DNA of 7,024 nucleotides from a virus (Duplodnaviria; Heunggongvirae; Uroviricota; Caudoviricetes): IMG/VR virus record IMGVR_UViG_2547132272_000021, positions 1 to 7,024 of that record; one strand, 5' to 3'. Shown piece by piece: positions 5,067 to 7,024 of this stretch (position 1 is its first letter; each line of letters starts with the position of its first letter). The notes under the pieces were generated by a model. It saw only the letters and a program-made list of their open reading frames with translations, ran no database searches and was not told where the DNA came from. The position numbers and the translations under genes were made by a program.

Positions 5067-6854
5067 ATGAGTAATAAGTTAAGCACGGAAATACTGATAA
5101 ATCTTACGGGAAATCTTACCGCTAAAGCACGACAGTACGGCGCAAATATGTCGCAGTTCGCCCGTAACCATCAGAAGGCAATGCGACTGGTCAAGGCCAC
5201 AACTGAATCCGCCACGCGTGGCCTTGATATGCTGGGTAATCGTTACACAGCGATGATTGCAGGTTTTGCAGGTAGCGCCATGATGCGTGAGTTTGCACAG
5301 GTTGATCGCCGGATGACCCGTATTGGTATTGCCGCAGAAAAGACGCGCGACGAAATGGCACAGATGCTGAATGGTATTCAGGACACCGCCATCAAATTTA
5401 AGGTTGATGACAGTGAACTGATAAGCGCGGTGGAAAAAGTTGGCACAATAACAGGCGAGATTGAGTTTGGCATCAAGAATAAGGATGTTATGGCGGCCTC
5501 CATCGCGGCTTCAGGAAGTGAAGGCGAGTTCATTGGCTCGCTGTTTTCCCTGTTTACGAAGTTTGGCATTAAGAATGAAGACGACTCACTGAAGGCCATG
5601 GACACCCTGAACCTGCTGGGGAAGGAAGGTGCCTATGAATTGAAAGACTTTGCAGAAAAATCCACCCGCGGGATGTCGCTGTATGCCGCTGCAGGTGGAC
5701 GGGGCGTAAAGGGTGTCAAGGAGTTTGGTGTTGTAATGGAATCTGCTGTGGATGCCACCGGGAACCGTGATACAGCAGCCACAACGGTGGAAAATTTCAT
5801 AAAAGATTTGCAGAACCCGAAAGTCGTCAAAACGCTTAAGCATAATGGCATTAACGTATTCGATAGCGAAGGCCATATGCGTTCACTGCCCGTTCTTCTT
5901 CAGGAGATTGCCACCCGCTCGGGAAGCAAAGGCTCGGAAATACAATCCAAACGACTGGATGAAGCCGGATTTCTTGATGACGCAAAAATGTTAATCAAAT
6001 CGGTAACGTCCGGTAAAGGCGCAGAAAACCTGCAACGCTATATGAAAGTCGTCGGTGATGGAAAAGGCATCATGAAGGATGCCGCATATGCCGCACAGGA
6101 CTTTACGTCTTCCATGCAGGCGCTGGAAACCAGCTGGAAAAAATTCTCTCATAACCAACTGGCAAAACCTGTTCAGGAACTGGCTGATGCCATTAACAGT
6201 GTCGACCAGAACACTGTCCAGAACTGGCTACAGGTTGCCAAATACATGGCGATTGCTGTGGGCGGCATTATCGCCGTGCGTAAGACGTACAAGCTCGGTA
6301 AAACCATCCACGACATCATGAATCCCAAAGAGAAAGGCAAAGGGATACCCGGCAGTATTACGGATGTTTTCGGTTCTGGCGTGATGCCAGTGTATGTGGT
6401 CAATATGGGCAGCGGTGGGATGAATGGTAATACCAGTGGTTTGCCGGATGCGCCGGATTCATCACGCAATCCCCGTGGACCAAAGACGCCAACACTGGTT
6501 ACACCACAAACGGTATCAGGATTTAATCTCCTTGACATGGCGCTATCTGCTTTCCCCAAAAATAAAGAGGAAGCTGACGCGTTAATCGCACGGGTTCAGG
6601 AAAACAACAACCGCCCGACGGTATGGACGGATATTAAGAACTGGTTTAACTCTCTGGAGAAAAAGAACATCGCCGCTCCATCTCCGTGGGATGTCCTGCA
6701 ATCCACACAGAACGCGCCATTCGTACCACAGCAATTGCAGGGAGAAATCCGTGTGGTGGTGGAAGGTGATGCACGCGTGAAAAGCGTCAGAGTGGATCAA
6801 CCTGGCGTCAGACTTAGTGCTCAGGCAGGGGTTACCAGTGTAGAACAAAGTTAA
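5067..6854 (+). CDS. Phage tail tape measure-like protein (TP901-family core-like region), about 595 aa
   Basis: Long open frame. The central region (AASIAASGSEGEFIGSLFSLF ... GNRDTAATTVENFIKDL ... NGINVFDSEGHMRSLPVLLQEIATR) follows the pattern I recall for the TP901-family tape measure core. A hydrophobic segment (VAKYMAIAVGGIIAV) and a Gly-rich stretch follow, as is common in tape measure proteins. Start is ATG 5067 (GGGG 6 nt upstream) or ATG 5055; the TTG at 5004 in the ORF track is unlikely. Confidence 0.7.
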   Translation: MSNKLSTEILINLTGNLTAKARQYGANMSQFARNHQKAMRLVKATTESATRGLDMLGNRYTAMIAGFAGSAMMREFAQVDRRMTRIGIAAEKTRDEMAQMLNGIQDTAIKFKVDDSELISAVEKVGTITGEIEFGIKNKDVMAASIAASGSEGEFIGSLFSLFTKFGIKNEDDSLKAMDTLNLLGKEGAYELKDFAEKSTRGMSLYAAAGGRGVKGVKEFGVVMESAVDATGNRDTAATTVENFIKDLQNPKVVKTLKHNGINVFDSEGHMRSLPVLLQEIATRSGSKGSEIQSKRLDEAGFLDDAKMLIKSVTSGKGAENLQRYMKVVGDGKGIMKDAAYAAQDFTSSMQALETSWKKFSHNQLAKPVQELADAINSVDQNTVQNWLQVAKYMAIAVGGIIAVRKTYKLGKTIHDIMNPKEKGKGIPGSITDVFGSGVMPVYVVNMGSGGMNGNTSGLPDAPDSSRNPRGPKTPTLVTPQTVSGFNLLDMALSAFPKNKEEADALIARVQENNNRPTVWTDIKNWFNSLEKKNIAAPSPWDVLQSTQNAPFVPQQLQGEIRVVVEGDARVKSVRVDQPGVRLSAQAGVTSVEQS

Positions 6855-6856
6855 AT

Positions 6857-6887
6857 ATATGCTGTATATCACAAAATAGCAGCATAT
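6857..6887 (+). other. AT-rich hairpin (ATATGCTG ... CAGCATAT) directly after the tape-measure-like gene stop
   Basis: 8-bp exact inverted repeat (6857-6864 / 6880-6887) with a 15-nt loop; T-runs follow at 6905-6910 and 6923-6935. Not a canonical GC-rich terminator. Confidence 0.3.
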
Positions 6888-6932
6888 TAATTCAATGCGT
6901 CCGATTTTTTATTCGGTGGTGTTTTGTTTTTT

Positions 6933-6971
6933 TTTCGCGCTTTTTGTGAGATGCTTTCGCGCTTTTTGTGA
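6933..6971 (+). repeat. Two perfect 17-bp direct repeats TTTCGCGCTTTTTGTGA spaced 22 bp apart
   Basis: Copies at 6933-6949 and 6955-6971, read directly; a perfect 17-mer repeat is unlikely by chance in 7 kb. They lie in non-coding DNA after the last gene, just before composition becomes GC-rich again. Confidence 0.45.
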
Positions 6972-7024
6972 AACGCCTCATCCAGGCCAGTACACAGGAA
7001 GGCAGGAGGCTGGCAGCAAACAGA

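Noticed and set aside
5378-6872. ORFs 5378-5605(-), 5586-5876(-), 5633-5851(-), 6079-6321(+), 6173-6559(-) and 6582-6872(-)
   Set aside because: All are nested within the long tape-measure-like gene in alternative frames or antisense; no independent start signals.
1-7024. CRISPR array, tRNA/tmRNA gene or insertion sequence
   Set aside because: No regularly spaced repeat-spacer structure, no tRNA-like T-loop/acceptor motifs, and no transposase-like ORF or terminal inverted repeats were seen.

Overview
The window reads as part of a prophage-like or satellite-like mobile element, with Enterobacteriaceae-style ribosome-binding sites and every supported gene on the + strand. From left to right: a possible 3' gene end (1-87); an AT-rich control region with perfect palindromes, a candidate promoter and a short hairpin-plus-terminator transcript (about 390-633); a GC-rich structured leader (about 690-800); a small Icd-like gene (824-1021) coupled to an unknown gene (1014-1418) and a Mu gp27-like (DUF3486) DNA-binding or small-terminase-like gene (1372-1734); an intrinsic terminator; an AT-rich pair of overlapping unknown genes (2055-2783, 2770-3192); then a Mu-type head module, protease/scaffold (3301-4140) and gpT-like major head protein (4127-5023), followed directly by a tape-measure-like protein (5067-6854). 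The most interesting points are the non-canonical gene order (head genes without large terminase, portal or tail sheath/tube in the window) and the AT-rich unknown genes embedded in it, which could be an undescribed accessory or hijacking module. All protein assignments come from motif recall and gene context, not from a search, so they need blastp/HMM confirmation.
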